Shown: positions 1 to 12,420 of the stretch, one piece after another
Numbering within the stretch: the stretch's first letter is position 1
How the letters are laid out: every line of letters starts with the position of its first letter
DNA from: Octopus vulgaris
Lineage: Eukaryota
NCBI GenBank assembly: GCA_951406725.2
Contig: OX597823.1
Location: 109,926,001 to 109,990,000, forward strand
Length of the DNA: 64,000 bases
Direction: 5' to 3'
Program-made: the position numbers and the translations under genes
The notes under the pieces: generated by a model
Told to the model about the DNA's origin: nothing
Seen by the model: only the letters and a program-made list of their open reading frames with translations
Database searches by the model: none

Positions 1-487
1 GGGTGAAAGAAAGAGAAAGAGAGTGATGACTATTCGAAATTCTTGTTGATATTTCTTGGATGGAACAAAAAAGTTGGAGAACAAAAATGTTGTTGTTTAT
101 GCCATTTCTTGCTTTTCTTGTTCTCGTTGTTGTTATCGTATTATTCATACTTTGTTTTGCTAACGATAATGTTGTCAACATTATCGTTCTCCCATGTTGT
201 TATTATTAGTGTTGTTATTAAACTTCTTTTTTTAATTATTTTTGCTTAATTACTTTCACTACTGTGGTAGTTACAACCGAAACCAATGTGATGTTATTTT
301 TTTCTTCCCGATGGTTACACAAGAATGAAAAGAAACAGAAATTCAACAACGAAACAATAAAATATGAATATACACACATATGAATGTACATGCGTGTGTA
401 TGTTTGTGTATATACATACATCCATACATATATGCATATATATACATCTTTACATATATATATATATCTACATATATATATGTATGT

Positions 488-527
<40 letters not shown>

Positions 528-3009
528 ATGTATATATGTGTGTATGTATGTATATATGTGTGTGTTTACGTACATCATAGATACATATGAATACAGGGAG
601 GTGAAGAAGGAGAGAGAAATACACGAACATATGAATATATGTATGTATGAAGAATAAAGAGAAAGGTATGCTAGACAAAACACATAGAAAAGAAAATTAG
701 TATAAAAATGACGTGAAGAAATAATAAAAAAATAATTAATTAATAAGAAAATACATAAACAACAAGTCTATGAAAACAGGCTATAAATATTCATTAATAG
801 TAATCATTATATTCATCCATAACCAGTTTATCTGGGCAAAAACTGGTTTCACTAAATAATATTTTTCTGATTGCCACGATGTATATATATGCAGTTAAAG
901 TATATACATTCATATATGTATATATATATACTGACAAACACACACATTACAAAAATATATGTCATACATATACATATATACATACATATACATATATATA
1001 TATAGAGAGAGAGAGGGAGAAAGACAGAAAGAGAGAGAGAGATACATATATATACATACTTATACATACATATGTATAAATAAGCTTAAGTATACATGCA
1101 AGTACACACATACATACACACATATATAAATTGGAAAATGCGTGTACATTAACAAATACACATGCGCGCACATAAGTGCATAGGCATTTGTTTGTGAATG
1201 TACATGGATGCAAATATGCGTATATATAAATTAATAAATAAATAAATATATATATATGTACATATATATACATTTATATATGTGTGTTTGTGACATATAT
1301 GATATCTCTGGAGGTGCATGTGTCTGTGCGTCTCATATTATATGATGGTTATATACGAATACATACATAGAAACATACATAAATACATAAATACATACGT
1401 ACATTCAAACAAACATACATACACATACATATGCAGTTGTGTGTGTATATTTATGTACGTATGTTTTGCTTTCTATACAGAGTGAAATCTTATTGTGATA
1501 CTCAAAGATGTTCCAGTGCTTCTGTCACCCACCCACCTACCCACCACAATGACTGACCAATATCTTCATTTTACTTTTGCAGCCATTTTCTTCGTGTTTT
1601 TAACCTTATTTTTTGCTCCTCTGCAAAATCTTTACCACCACCACCACCACCACCGCAAAACCATTATCGTCCTCATCGTTGCAATGCCATCATTATCATC
1701 GTCGTGGTAAACGTCGTCGACATTCACTTCCCCCTCCCCTTTCTCCCTTCGTGAACCCCCCCCCCATGATCATCAATATGCACCTCTTCCTTAACTTCCT
1801 CATCAACTCCAAACACCACCACCACCACCACCACCACCACCACCATCACCGCCGCCGCTTTTCCTCTTTATTACTTTAATTCCACTTTTACTCCTCTTCC
1901 CCCCCACCACACCTCACCCATCCTCTTTGGCCCTTCTTCCCCATCATTACCATTATGTTACGTTCCCATTGATATAATTGATATCACCAATACATAACAA
2001 TCTTTGATACATTGCCGATGTTCTTGTTCTTCTTGTCTATCATTGCTTCGCTTCGTTTTTGTCTTTGCTGTTTTCATCGTAGCTGGTTTATGTTTTACCA
2101 TTTTTCTTCTTCCTCTTCTTGTATGACTTTCTTATTATCTACCGAAACACCCCCACTTCTTCACTTAAAAAAATAAGAAACTTCTTGCTATTCACTGCAT
2201 TTCTAGTTTTTGTTATTGTTCTATTTGTCATGCTTATTGTTGCCGCAGTTTTCGTAACTGTTGTTTTCTTAAACCATTGTTATCAATTTTCTACCACCAT
2301 AGACACGCCGCACAAACGCTCGCCTATCATAGATATACACACACAGACATGGACTCGTGCATAAATACTTGAATACAACCAGTTATGCACACATACGTAT
2401 ACACATACATGTACATGAATAATAGACACTCGCACACAAATACACTTCCATGCATACACACGTTAATATAGTCACATATAAATCCTTATTGAAGAAACAT
2501 AAAAGCTGAGATCGCACTTTAAGCGGAGCGGTTGCAAATTGCTTTACATTATTTAGATACGTCGCTTTCATATATAAGTTCAAATCCTACTGATATCCAC
2601 CTTGTCTATTACTCTTGATTTTTCAAAACATATCTATTAAAACATCGCAGGATTCGATTAAAATGATAACTTCTTTCACATTTTCATCGTGTGTGTATCC
2701 ATTTCTATAAGCTATATATCATTATAGAAACATGCAGACATTTTGTAGAACAAAAGACTGCATCAACCAATAATAATATGTTAAATGTTCAGTGTTCAAA
2801 ATCACAATGGTGACCCGTCGTTGCTTTTCATAGCTTCAACCTGGTTATGACTGCATAGCCTACAACAATATTGCGCGAGCAACCCTACAACCATATATTT
2901 TCCATCCATGCCCATTCCATGTTATAGTATATCCTGTACTGTATATGCCATTGTCTCCATCTTTTTTTAAGAGGTAATGTGTGTTTTACGTGAGATATTT
3001 CTATCAATT

Positions 3010-3586
3010 TTAACAAGTTGGGCGACAATGTAATGCATTTTCGTTACTCTCTATTAGATTAGACTCAAGAAGTTTGTGAGGAACCCATTGACCCATTTTG
3101 CTGACTTTTCTGACGACACACGGGTGTGTTGAATCACTAAATCCAAGCTTCTTTTCTAGTTCCTCAACGATTTCGATGGGATTTTGTTCCACCACAGTTT
3201 GTAGGACGTCCTCGTCGAGCTCTACAGGCTCGTCTTCTAGGCTGTAGTTTCCGGCATGGAATTTCTGGAACCCTTCTTGGCACTAGCTTACACTTACTTT
3301 CCGAACCCTATATAGTGCATTAATATTCTTCGCACTTTCCGTTGCGTTGCTGCCTTTACTGAGTTTATAAAACAAAAAATGCTGAATATACTCCTTTGTC
3401 ACTTCCATTTTAATAAAATAGCTATTTAATTAAATTACACTCTTCAAAACCTGCACTAAGAATAAGTAGAAAGTAAAATTACTAGTGCTCTAATAGTAAG
3501 TTGATGCAGGTAGTTTATCCCGACCCACTACTACTTTTAGTCCATGCAATTCAAAAATCCACAGTAATTATAAAATGACCCAATAT
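3010..3586 (-). mobile_element. Decayed mariner transposon, 5' half (TIR remnant plus N-terminal transposase)
   Basis: Minus-strand translation from ATG at 3408 gives MEVTKEYIQHFLFYKLSKGSNATESAKNINALY...SLEDEP...ELDEDVLQTVVEQNP...EELEKKLGFSDST...GQWVPHKL, with the mariner HTH region and WVPHEL-like motif. It has stops/frameshifts and ends at a TATTGGGTCAT-type TIR near 3586. Confidence 0.85.
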
Positions 3587-3600
3587 ATGCGTGTGTCATT

Positions 3601-3855
3601 CCGAAAAGCTCTATCTACGTCGATTTCATCTCTATCGAAGGAGAGGGGCTTTCTCCGTCCGGGTGGCGAACTCGTGGAATAAGCTGCCGGACGAGATAGT
3701 GAAGATGCCGACGACCGCTCGGTTCAAAGTCTCTTGACCAGATATGGCCTGAACTCTTTGTATGACCACCCTCCCTGTACATAACTCCCTGTCCCCCTAC
3801 ATGGCCTTGCTTTTGCTTTTTGAGTCAATAAAAATTGAATTGAATTGAATTGAAT
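3601..3855 (+). mobile_element. CR1-type LINE 3' end (5'-truncated)
   Basis: Translates KLYLRRFHLYRRRGAFSVRVANSWNKLPDEIVKMPTTARFKV, the typical CR1 ORF2 C-terminus. Followed by a short 3' UTR, AATAAA and a (TTGAA)n tail at 3835-3855. Confidence 0.85.
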
Positions 3856-4159
3856 ATATAGGTGTACGCGCTCGTAAGCAGAGGCATAACCCCACTTACA
3901 TAAACATACACATATACATGTGTGTGTGAGTTGGGAGTGCGCGTGTGTAAAAGCTCATAACAATGCTTGAATAAGAGTATTTCATAACTGTAGTCCGATT
4001 TCGCTAATTGCTTTAACGTACTCGGAGCAAACACATAAATCGTCTTATTCTGCCGAGTTTTTTTCAGCGGAGTGTGTAAAATGCGACTTCTAGAAGAAGG
4101 ATATGGTAAGACTAGTTGTGAGCTAGTGCTATTTTTATTTCAGTAAAAAATAACTAAAC

Positions 4160-4256
4160 GCGGTGGACTATAGTGAGATTTGAACTTAGAGCATAGTACA
4201 CCAGAAAAATTATCGCAACGCATTTCCGACTACCGTCTCTGCCAATCGACCGCCTA
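4160..4256 (-). mobile_element. Degenerate SINE family D fragment
   Basis: ATTTGAACTTAGAGC and CTGCCAATCGACCGCCT match the reverse complement of the family D 5' region, with many mismatches. Confidence 0.45.
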
Positions 4257-5102
4257 TTTTGAACAGTTGTATGCATGAGTGAAAATATATGTTTGTAAGC
4301 CTATACATACGTACAGCTGTTCAGATGTACATAGACACCCATAAATATATCTACATAATCATATAAACGGATATATGTGTGTATGTGTGTATGTGTGTGT
4401 CTGTGTATACACATAGATAATTTCTGTCATTATCTCATCATATTTACCACAATCACCGCATTCAAATCGAAACTTTAAATCAATATAGATTAAATCTAAT
4501 GACATAAATGAATATCTACTCAGAAAATAATTTGTAAAAATAGAAAAATAAACGAAAGGAAAATAATGTTATAAATAAAATAAAGAAAAATAAAACTGTG
4601 CTCTTTCATATAGTTTCAATAAATACAAGCAAAATAAAACAAGCTTCTACTATACATTATTATAGTATATTTATATAATTTAGGAAATGTCTTCAGGTAA
4701 ATCAATTAAAACTGCCATCAAATTAAACAAAAGAGTTTTATTAATTTCTTATAAAATTATTTTTTGATTGGTAGAGTAGTTATTTATTTGATTAATTTTG
4801 TTCCAATTTTTGTCCTACCATTTAACTTTTAATTAAATATTCATTTTTGCTTAGACGAAGTCTGTCAGTAATGATTTGTTCAAATAAATTGTCATTACAG
4901 GAATCAAAGAATTGTAACGTATTGCATAATTGTTTGGAAACAATTGTGTGTTAATTTTGTTTTTATTTGTAGTGTTCACTTCGCTTTCTTTAGAGGCCAA
5001 GGTTGTTACATTTAAGGGAAGAATGAAAAACAGTAATCTATGTAGATGAACAAAGAATACATTTGTGCACATATATACATAAATAACACATACATACATA
5101 CA

Positions 5103-5145
<43 letters not shown>

Positions 5146-5401
5146 GGGTTTGTATGATTGGGTATAGAGGGATATATATTATTCAAAGAAATTCCAACTC
5201 TGTTTTTTTTATGTTTTATTTATATTCTTTATAATATTAATGTAGAATATAGAATATATAGTACAAATAATATATATATAGTAAAATGAAATGAAGTATT
5301 GTTTGTCTTATTGAATAGATGAAATGTTGAATATAAAATATTAAGGGACTAGTATACTTTAATGCGTTAAAGCAGTCTTCAATCTCCCAGGTTATATATA
5401 T

Positions 5402-5570
5402 ATTTTTTTCTCTCCTTTTTTCTCTCCTTGTTTTTTGTGTGTCCCTTTCAGTAGAAGAGCGTAGGCTAGAAATGTAAAAGACTTTTTTTATTTCTGAGCG
5501 TTATTCTAATACATCTGTTTGTTTTGTACACCACCTGTCTTTGTCTTTTGTTTTTTTTTTCGTAAACTCT

Positions 5571-5573
<3 letters not shown>
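5402..5573 (+). mobile_element. Short pyrimidine-rich module between (TA)n tracts carrying a degenerate hammerhead-like motif (putative Penelope pLTR remnant)
   Basis: Flanked by TA repeats. 5441-5482 reads CTTT-CAGTAGA-A-GAGC-gtag-GCTA-GAAAT-GTA-AAAG, i.e. stem I / core / stem II / GAAA / NUH / stem I. Confidence 0.5.
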
Positions 5574-5637
<64 letters not shown>

Positions 5638-6775
5638 CAAATACATATATATACACAGTCATGATTGCAGGAACACGAGCGCAACGCATATGTATGTATT
5701 TATGTATGTATGCATTATGCAAGACACAAATGCTCGAACGACAATCGAAATGCACATAATATTTATCCGAGTTTACCAATGTAGATTTTTTATACAAGAA
5801 GCCTAATTATGTCACATGATTTGTTAAAGCAAACATTTATATATATATATACAAATACACATACACACACACCTTAAAACACATGGTAGTAGGTAGTTAG
5901 CACAAACACATATATACCCTTATATACGTAAGAGAATATATTATTTTCAGTCGTATAGTAAAAATAAAATGTTCAGTTGAATAGGCTATTGAAGAGGTCA
6001 AATCTTCAGGTGAACTGAAAACAGTTACTATTACGTTCCTCAACCGTCAAATTTCCAATCGTTTGTATGCATTTATATTTTCACACACACACACATACAC
6101 AGAGAGAGGGGGGGAGAGAGAGAGAGGGAGAGAGGTTGAGATATAGTTATAAAAGTGTATATGAATCTATGAGAAATTAAGTAGACTTTAATTATTTATT
6201 GTTGTGCTGAGATTACTAGCTGGAAATTTTCGAATTTCTTCAAGTATCGCTGATAAGATAAAGAGATGTTTACTCATGTGTGTATATGGCTGAGTGTTTT
6301 AACACACATGTATGTATGACTGTGTGTGTTTGCCTATGTAAAAACATCGTAATTAAAATGAATGAACTACCTCTCGGTCTGTTTGTGATATTAAATTATG
6401 AAGTTACTTCACAAAATGAACAAAATGCAATATAATTCAATTGTTGATTCTAATGTTTAATGGATGTGCGGTGCTTTATTTTAGAATATTTCCTTTCAGC
6501 GTATATAAGTGTATGTATGTGCAGTATGTGTGTATATATGTGTGTCTGTGCGTGATATTACATATTTATAAATGTTAATATATACAAACAAAATTTACAT
6601 GGTTAAACATGTGTATTATATATGTGTGTGTGTATGTGTACAAGCACAAAAATATAGAATTTTGTATCTATATTTGTATCTATCTGATCTCATTTATCTG
6701 TCTCTTTACACACACACACACACACACATTATAATAATAATAATATTAATTATTATTATTATTATTATTATTATT

Positions 6776-7187
6776 GAGTGAGAGAGCAGTTCATGCCATC
6801 AAAGTGACACTGGGGTAAAATATACGAATCCAATATACCCATCATGACTACGCGTCTGATAAGGGTACACTAGGCACATGCATCACAACCATATATGCGC
6901 GACATGGTGGTCTCATATTAAGATAAACAGCACATGACCTTGCAGGTGGGGCCCAGTTAGAATTTTCTTCAGGATGAGTAGCCCATCCCGCTCAAAGGGT
7001 CCCTGAATAAGGGTTGTTTAAGGATGTTGGAAGAACTACCCATGTTTCCAGAGGTGAATTATTCAAACCCCAAAGAATCCCTCTCAACACATGGCTATGA
7101 TGCTCCCCCACTACTTCTGCTCATGATCAGAGATACACATATCGTCAGCCACTAAGGGACATGCTCAACTGGTTAAGGTCAAACAAC
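6776..7187 (-). mobile_element. Family A retroposon, (TAA)n-embedded, 5'-truncated copy 1
   Basis: High identity to 7373-7870 and to the reverse complement of 25561-26113. Shares the fixed end GAGTGAGAGAGCAG next to (ATT)n; (ATT)n on both sides. Confidence 0.85.
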
Positions 7188-7189
7188 AA

Positions 7190-7273
<84 letters not shown>

Positions 7274-7337
7274 CAGTATTATTATTATCATTATGATTAT
7301 TATTATTATTATTATCAGTATTATTATTATCATTATG

Positions 7338-7372
<35 letters not shown>
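7190..7372. repeat. (ATT)n microsatellite
   Basis: Direct reading; it produces the poly-Ile ORFs. Confidence 0.95.
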
Positions 7373-7373
<1 letters not shown>

Positions 7374-7894
7374 GATTTAGAGAGCAGTGCATGCCATCAA
7401 AGTGACACTGGGGTAAAATATACGAAGCCCAGTATACCCATCATGACTACCCGTCTGACAAGGGTACACCAGGCACTTGCATCACAACCATATGTGCACG
7501 ACATAGTGATCTCATATCAACATAAACAGCGCATGACCTTGTAGGTGGGGCCCCAGTTATAATTTTCTTCTGGTCGAGTAGCCCATCCTGCTCAAAAGAT
7601 CCGTGAATAAGGGTTGTTTAAGGATGTTGAACGAACCACCAATATTTCCAAAGGTGAATTATCCAAACCTCTAAGAATTCCTTTCGACACATGGCTATGA
7701 TGCTCCCCCACTACTTCTGCTTGTGATCAGAGATGCACATATCGTCAGCCACAAAGGGACATGCTCAACTGGTTAAGGTCAAACAACTGACAAGCAAATT
7801 TGTGGTATTGAGCAGAATATTTGGTGTAGCCCATCTTTTATACCAAGACAAAACAATTTACATGATAACATTGTTTTGTCTTGGTATAAAAGAT
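7373..7894 (-). mobile_element. Family A retroposon copy 2, with terminal fold-back
   Basis: Same sequence as 6776-7187 but extends further. Ends in a 25-bp inverted duplication (7833-7857 / 7870-7894), followed by (ATT)n-like sequence. Confidence 0.85.
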
Positions 7895-7939
7895 TACTAT
7901 TATTATTATTTTTGCTATTATTATTATTTAACAAGGATA

Positions 7940-7985
7940 GCATTGAATTCGAAGTTTCACCTAGTTATGCCATCATCGGACTACG
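7940..7985 (-). other. Degenerate minimal hammerhead-like motif
   Basis: Minus strand: CGTAGT-CCGATGA-T-GGC-ataacta-GGT-GAAAC-TTCGAA-TTC-AATGC, with palindromic loop III (TTCGAA). Confidence 0.45.
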
Positions 7986-8306
7986 ATGTAGTATTCTTGT
8001 GTAGGTGGAATTCTGTTAAATGGTAGGTAGATTGTAAGGTTCGTTGTAATAGTAAGGTGTTATGGAGAAAGTTTGTTGACTAAATTTGGAGGTATGTTAT
8101 TATTCCGAATTTATTCATCTGTGTTGAACTTTGTATAAACAGGAGTGTATATTGAGGTTTGCAATTTTCAGGTAATGGATTTGTTATTGCATTTTTTTTC
8201 TTTTGCTTTTACGAGTTCACAAAAAAACGTAGGTTGATAAAATTATTTGGCCAGTGAATGCGTCACTAGTAGTTTTATCAGATTTAATCCTTTGCGCTAT
8301 GAATGT

Positions 8307-8578
8307 GATCACGTGACCGACCAGACCATCAGATGTTGTTACACATCGCTGGTCACAATGCGTTCGCATTGTTTTAGCCTTCGAATGACGCCACCCCGCT
8401 GGCTAAGCGAGCAGGCCAACAGAAGAAAGAGTGGTGAAAGAGTACAGCAGGGATCACCACTCCCTGCCGAAGCCTCGTGGAGCTTTTAGGTGTTTTCGCT
8501 CAATAAACACTCACAACGCCCGGTCAGGGATTCGAAACCGCGAGTCCGCTGCCCTAACCACTAGGCCATTGCGCCTCC
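8307..8578 (-). mobile_element. tRNA-derived SINE family B with 11-bp TSD
   Basis: Reverse complement of the 17367-17670 copy, with a small deletion in the tRNA part. A box TGGCCTAGTGG, B box GTTTCGAATCC. TSD GCTATGAATGT at 8296-8306 and 8579-8589. Confidence 0.9.
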
Positions 8579-8829
8579 GCTATGAATGTAAAGTTCAAAT
8601 TTCAGTCCATCATTTAAAACTTTGTAAATAGGTGTGTCATTTTTATTGTGATGGGAATTTTAAGGGTTCACAAAAGAACGGAAGTAAATGGTATATTTTA
8701 GTTGGTCAGTAGGTTTCTTTACTTGCTGATGTTAATTAGAATATTTTACCTGATTGTATAGGGAAGGTGGAAGGTATTAGTCGATTTGTTATGGTTTTCG
8801 ATGATGGCTTTACTGGCTAAGTCTGACCG

Positions 8830-8947
8830 ATGGTACCTACTTGACAAAAAATAAAAACGATTGTACTAGATGCTATTTGTTCGACTAAACCCTCCAGGCA
8901 GTACCCCCAGCGTAGCCGCAGTCCGATAACTGAAACAAGTAAAAGAT
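8830..8947 (+). mobile_element. SINE family C, degenerate 3' fragment
   Basis: TTTGTTCGACTAAA...CCAGCGTAGCCGCAGTC...ACTGAAACAAGTAAAAGA matches the family C tail. Confidence 0.7.
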
Positions 8948-9244
8948 TGTAAGATACAACATACCCAGTGGAGTTACAAAGTGAAACATAGCAGGTTTTT
9001 TTTTTAATTAAGTGTACAATGAGAAATCAAATTTCTTATTTAGTTGGGAGTAAGCAGTCATTAGCAAACAACTCTCAAGCAGTTACAAAAAAAAAAGCTC
9101 CGATACTTTTGTTGTTGTTATGAGGAACTTCTTGTATTTATTCTTGGTTTAAAACTATTATGTGTATTAGTCATTGGCTAATAATATTGTTGGAGGAGCG
9201 TTAATTCCCCGTGAGTTTTGATATATTCTTTTATTCGTTTATTA

Positions 9245-9442
9245 TTTTACTTGTTTCAGTCAATTGACAGCAGCCATGCTGGAGCAACGCCATTAGTCGG
9301 AAAAATCGGCTTCAGGACTTAATCCTTGTAAGCCTAAAACGTATTCTATCTATCTCTTCTGCCGAATAACAAAGTTACGTGGACGTAAACACACAAACAT
9401 CAGTTGTCAAGCTATGGTGGGGGACAAACAGAGAGACACAAA

Positions 9443-9495
<53 letters not shown>

Positions 9496-9658
9496 TACGG
9501 GCTTCTTTCAGTTTTCGTCTACCAAATCCACTCACAATGCTTTGATCGGCCCGAGGCTATATTAGAAGACGCTTGCCCAAGGTGCAACGCAGTGGGACTG
9601 AACCCGGAATCATGTGGGTGGGAAGCAAGCTTCTTACCGCACAGCCACATCTGATCCT
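9245..9658 (-). mobile_element. SINE family C (tRNA-like head, CORE-like segment, internal TA microsatellite)
   Basis: Reverse complement of the 20917-21328 copy over its full length. Confidence 0.9.
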
Positions 9659-10128
9659 ATATAAAAACCAATATTATAAAAAAAAAGTAATATCAGCTTC
9701 ATGACAATGTATAATACGTAACTTGAGACAAGGAAATTAGTTTGAAACGCAAGAGTAAATAACTTTTAAATGAAAGAATTAAAGTGTTCAGATACACACA
9801 GACACACACACGTATACATACACACACACTAACAGAAAGAGAGAGAGGAATGTTAGATGGAGAATGTAAACGACGGATGGGAATGAGAGCGACAAAGAAA
9901 ATACGTTAGTAATCCTGTTAATTTTAAACAATTGTTTAGTGAATCTAGCATCATATCATACCAGTTTTATACGTGGCTCCATTTATGTTTACCTCTGTAA
10001 CCGCTTCATATATTCTTCCTGCCTCTTCTTTATAACAGCTTATGAATTTGTAAAAAGGTACTCTTTCTCTCCTATCTCCCTCACACACACAAATATATAT
10101 ATATATATACATATACACACAAACACAA

Positions 10129-10169
<41 letters not shown>

Positions 10170-10519
10170 CATCATATAAATACGCACACAATCACATACA
10201 CACACACACACATATATACATACATCATATAAATACGTACACAATCACATATACATATATATACACACGTACACAAACACGCACACAAACTCACAGGCAC
10301 ACACACACACACACACACGCACACAAACTCACACGCACACACATATATATATATACATCATATAAATATGTACACAATCACATATATATATACGCACGCA
10401 CATACACAAACACGCACACAAACTCACACGCGCGCACACACACACACACACTGAAACATATACGCTTGTGTGTATGTCTGTATGTATGCACCTAAATGTG
10501 TGTGTATATATATGTATAA

Positions 10520-11075
10520 TTTTCTCCAACTGCAACCTGAGGCTGTTTCGAGTGATTTAACATTTTTCATCAGTGAAACGAAATAACATAAAATGGCAAA
10601 CTATTGAAATATCAGGATGTTGCTATTGGTCACCAAAGTCCATTTTAGGAAAACTCCGCTGGAAAAAAAAAACCTATTTGCTCTCTGAATCTTTGGAAAT
10701 ATACATTGAGGTATCTCTTCTTTTGTGTAAATAGTTATGAAATATATTATATTATGCTTTATTTTATCGCCAAGGCGATCAGTACCCGTGACATAGCGTG
10801 CTGAACCTCATGGTTTGTATATAATGTAAAACAGGATTCGCTATTTGATGTCCGTTGAATATGTTAGTAACATGAACGGTGTTTTCATAAAAATAGAGTA
10901 TATCAGCTGAAAGATATCTCTTCAGCCCCTAAATATTTTGTCATTAAATGTTATTTCACCGCAATGATGAGATTATTCAGTCGTTCGAAACGTTCTAACT
11001 TTTGAGAAAACGCTTATATCTATATTCAGTATTGATTTGCTCCGTGAATCTTTACCGAACTATATTCAGCTCAGC
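10520..11075 (+). mobile_element. Possible highly decayed mariner transposase remnant
   Basis: Scattered translations in the expected order (ETK...KW; IFG..GISS; FYRQGD; YLFSPL; FHRNDEIIQSFETF) resemble the mariner catalytic and C-terminal region. Many lesions. Confidence 0.35.
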
Positions 11076-11218
11076 ACTCTATTGCTTTTTCTGTGTATGT
11101 GTGTGTATATATATGTGTATATATGTGTGTGTATGTGTGTTTATGTGTGTGTAATCTCTCTCTCTCTCTCTCTGTCATTGTCTCTGTCTCTCTGTCTCTC
11201 TGTCTCTCTGTCTCTCTG

Positions 11219-11254
<36 letters not shown>

Positions 11255-11972
11255 CATACATACATATACATATTAGGAAAATATAATATGCCTAGGAAAT
11301 ATAAATGTCTGTGTATTTTTATAAATACACGTATGCAAATTGCGAAATTACGATGTGATGTTATTAACACATCAGTTTGCTAAGATGCTTATCGAATCTC
11401 AAAGCGCATAACATTTTATTGAAATGATTGCAGAAACTACATACGTATACGAGCAAGTCCCTATATATATATATCTATCATGCCTTCGATGAATTCAGCT
11501 GTGTAGGTCTATTGCAGATCTGCAACGGGATCTAAAATCGCTGGTGTATTTATGTAGCAAAACCCCGTTGACATCTAATCCACGAACTTGTTTGTTATAC
11601 GAAACTCATTTGTTATACAACCGCTCTAATTAGATAGGCAAAACAAATGCTATACGTGAAAATTTGTTGACGTGGTAGATATTAATCCGAACCTGACAAA
11701 ACACACAGGCTAGACTAGAACAGCTTCGACATATTGTAGCCAAACAATTTCGGATCGTTACTATCCTTCTAGAGTTAATCGTGTCAGGATACAAATCACT
11801 TTGAACATCATGTAATAGAAATGTGTATAGCGAACCCTAAAAACTAAAATTAACACGAATACTAAAGAAATATGAAACACGTAGTAATTTCAATTTATTG
11901 TTAATGATGTTTGAATGCAAGACTTAAAATGCATTTTAGTTTTCCCCCAAAGTTTTATTTGTTATGAAAACA

Positions 11973-12203
11973 GAGACACATGGCCCAGTGGATAGAGCAG
12001 CGGACTCGCGATCGAGAGATCGCGAGTTCGAATCTCAGATCAGGTGATGTGTGCGTTTATAAGCGAAACACCTAAGTTCACTGCGGCTCCGGCAGAAAGT
12101 AATGGCGAGCTTCTATTGGCTCTTTTGCCACAACTTTATCTCATAAATGGTGGTGCCCCAGCATGTCCACAGCTCGTGAGCTGAAATTAGATTAAATAAA
12201 AAG
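11973..12203 (+). mobile_element. SINE B-related head joined to a family C-like tail
   Basis: TGGCCCAGTGGATAGAGCAGCGGACTCGCG...GTTCGAATCTC tRNA head and family B-like body to ~12143, then GGTGGTGCCCCAGCATGTCCACAG...CTGAAA resembling the family C 3' end. Confidence 0.65.
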
Positions 12204-12218
12204 AGGATGAAGGCCACT

Positions 12219-12420
12219 GTTCAAGAAATTTTCATGGGGTTCGTGACCGGTGGAGGGAAGAGAAAAAAATATTCACGGAAACATGAACTGAATGCAGCCA
12301 AGTGGACCCCAATCCAGGTGAGGATTATGTCTGTCATTTAAGAACAGGAATTGTCTCTTTAATAGATTTTCACAAATGGGAAATTTTCCTCAAATATTTC
12401 AATTTATACGTAAAATAACT
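12219..12420 (+). repeat. ~200-bp dispersed direct repeat, copy 1
   Basis: GTTCAAGAAATTTTCATGGGGTTCGTGACCGGTGGAGGGAAG...AGCCAAGTGGACCCC...GGATTATGTCTGTCATTTAAG recurs at 16415-16630. Confidence 0.85.
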
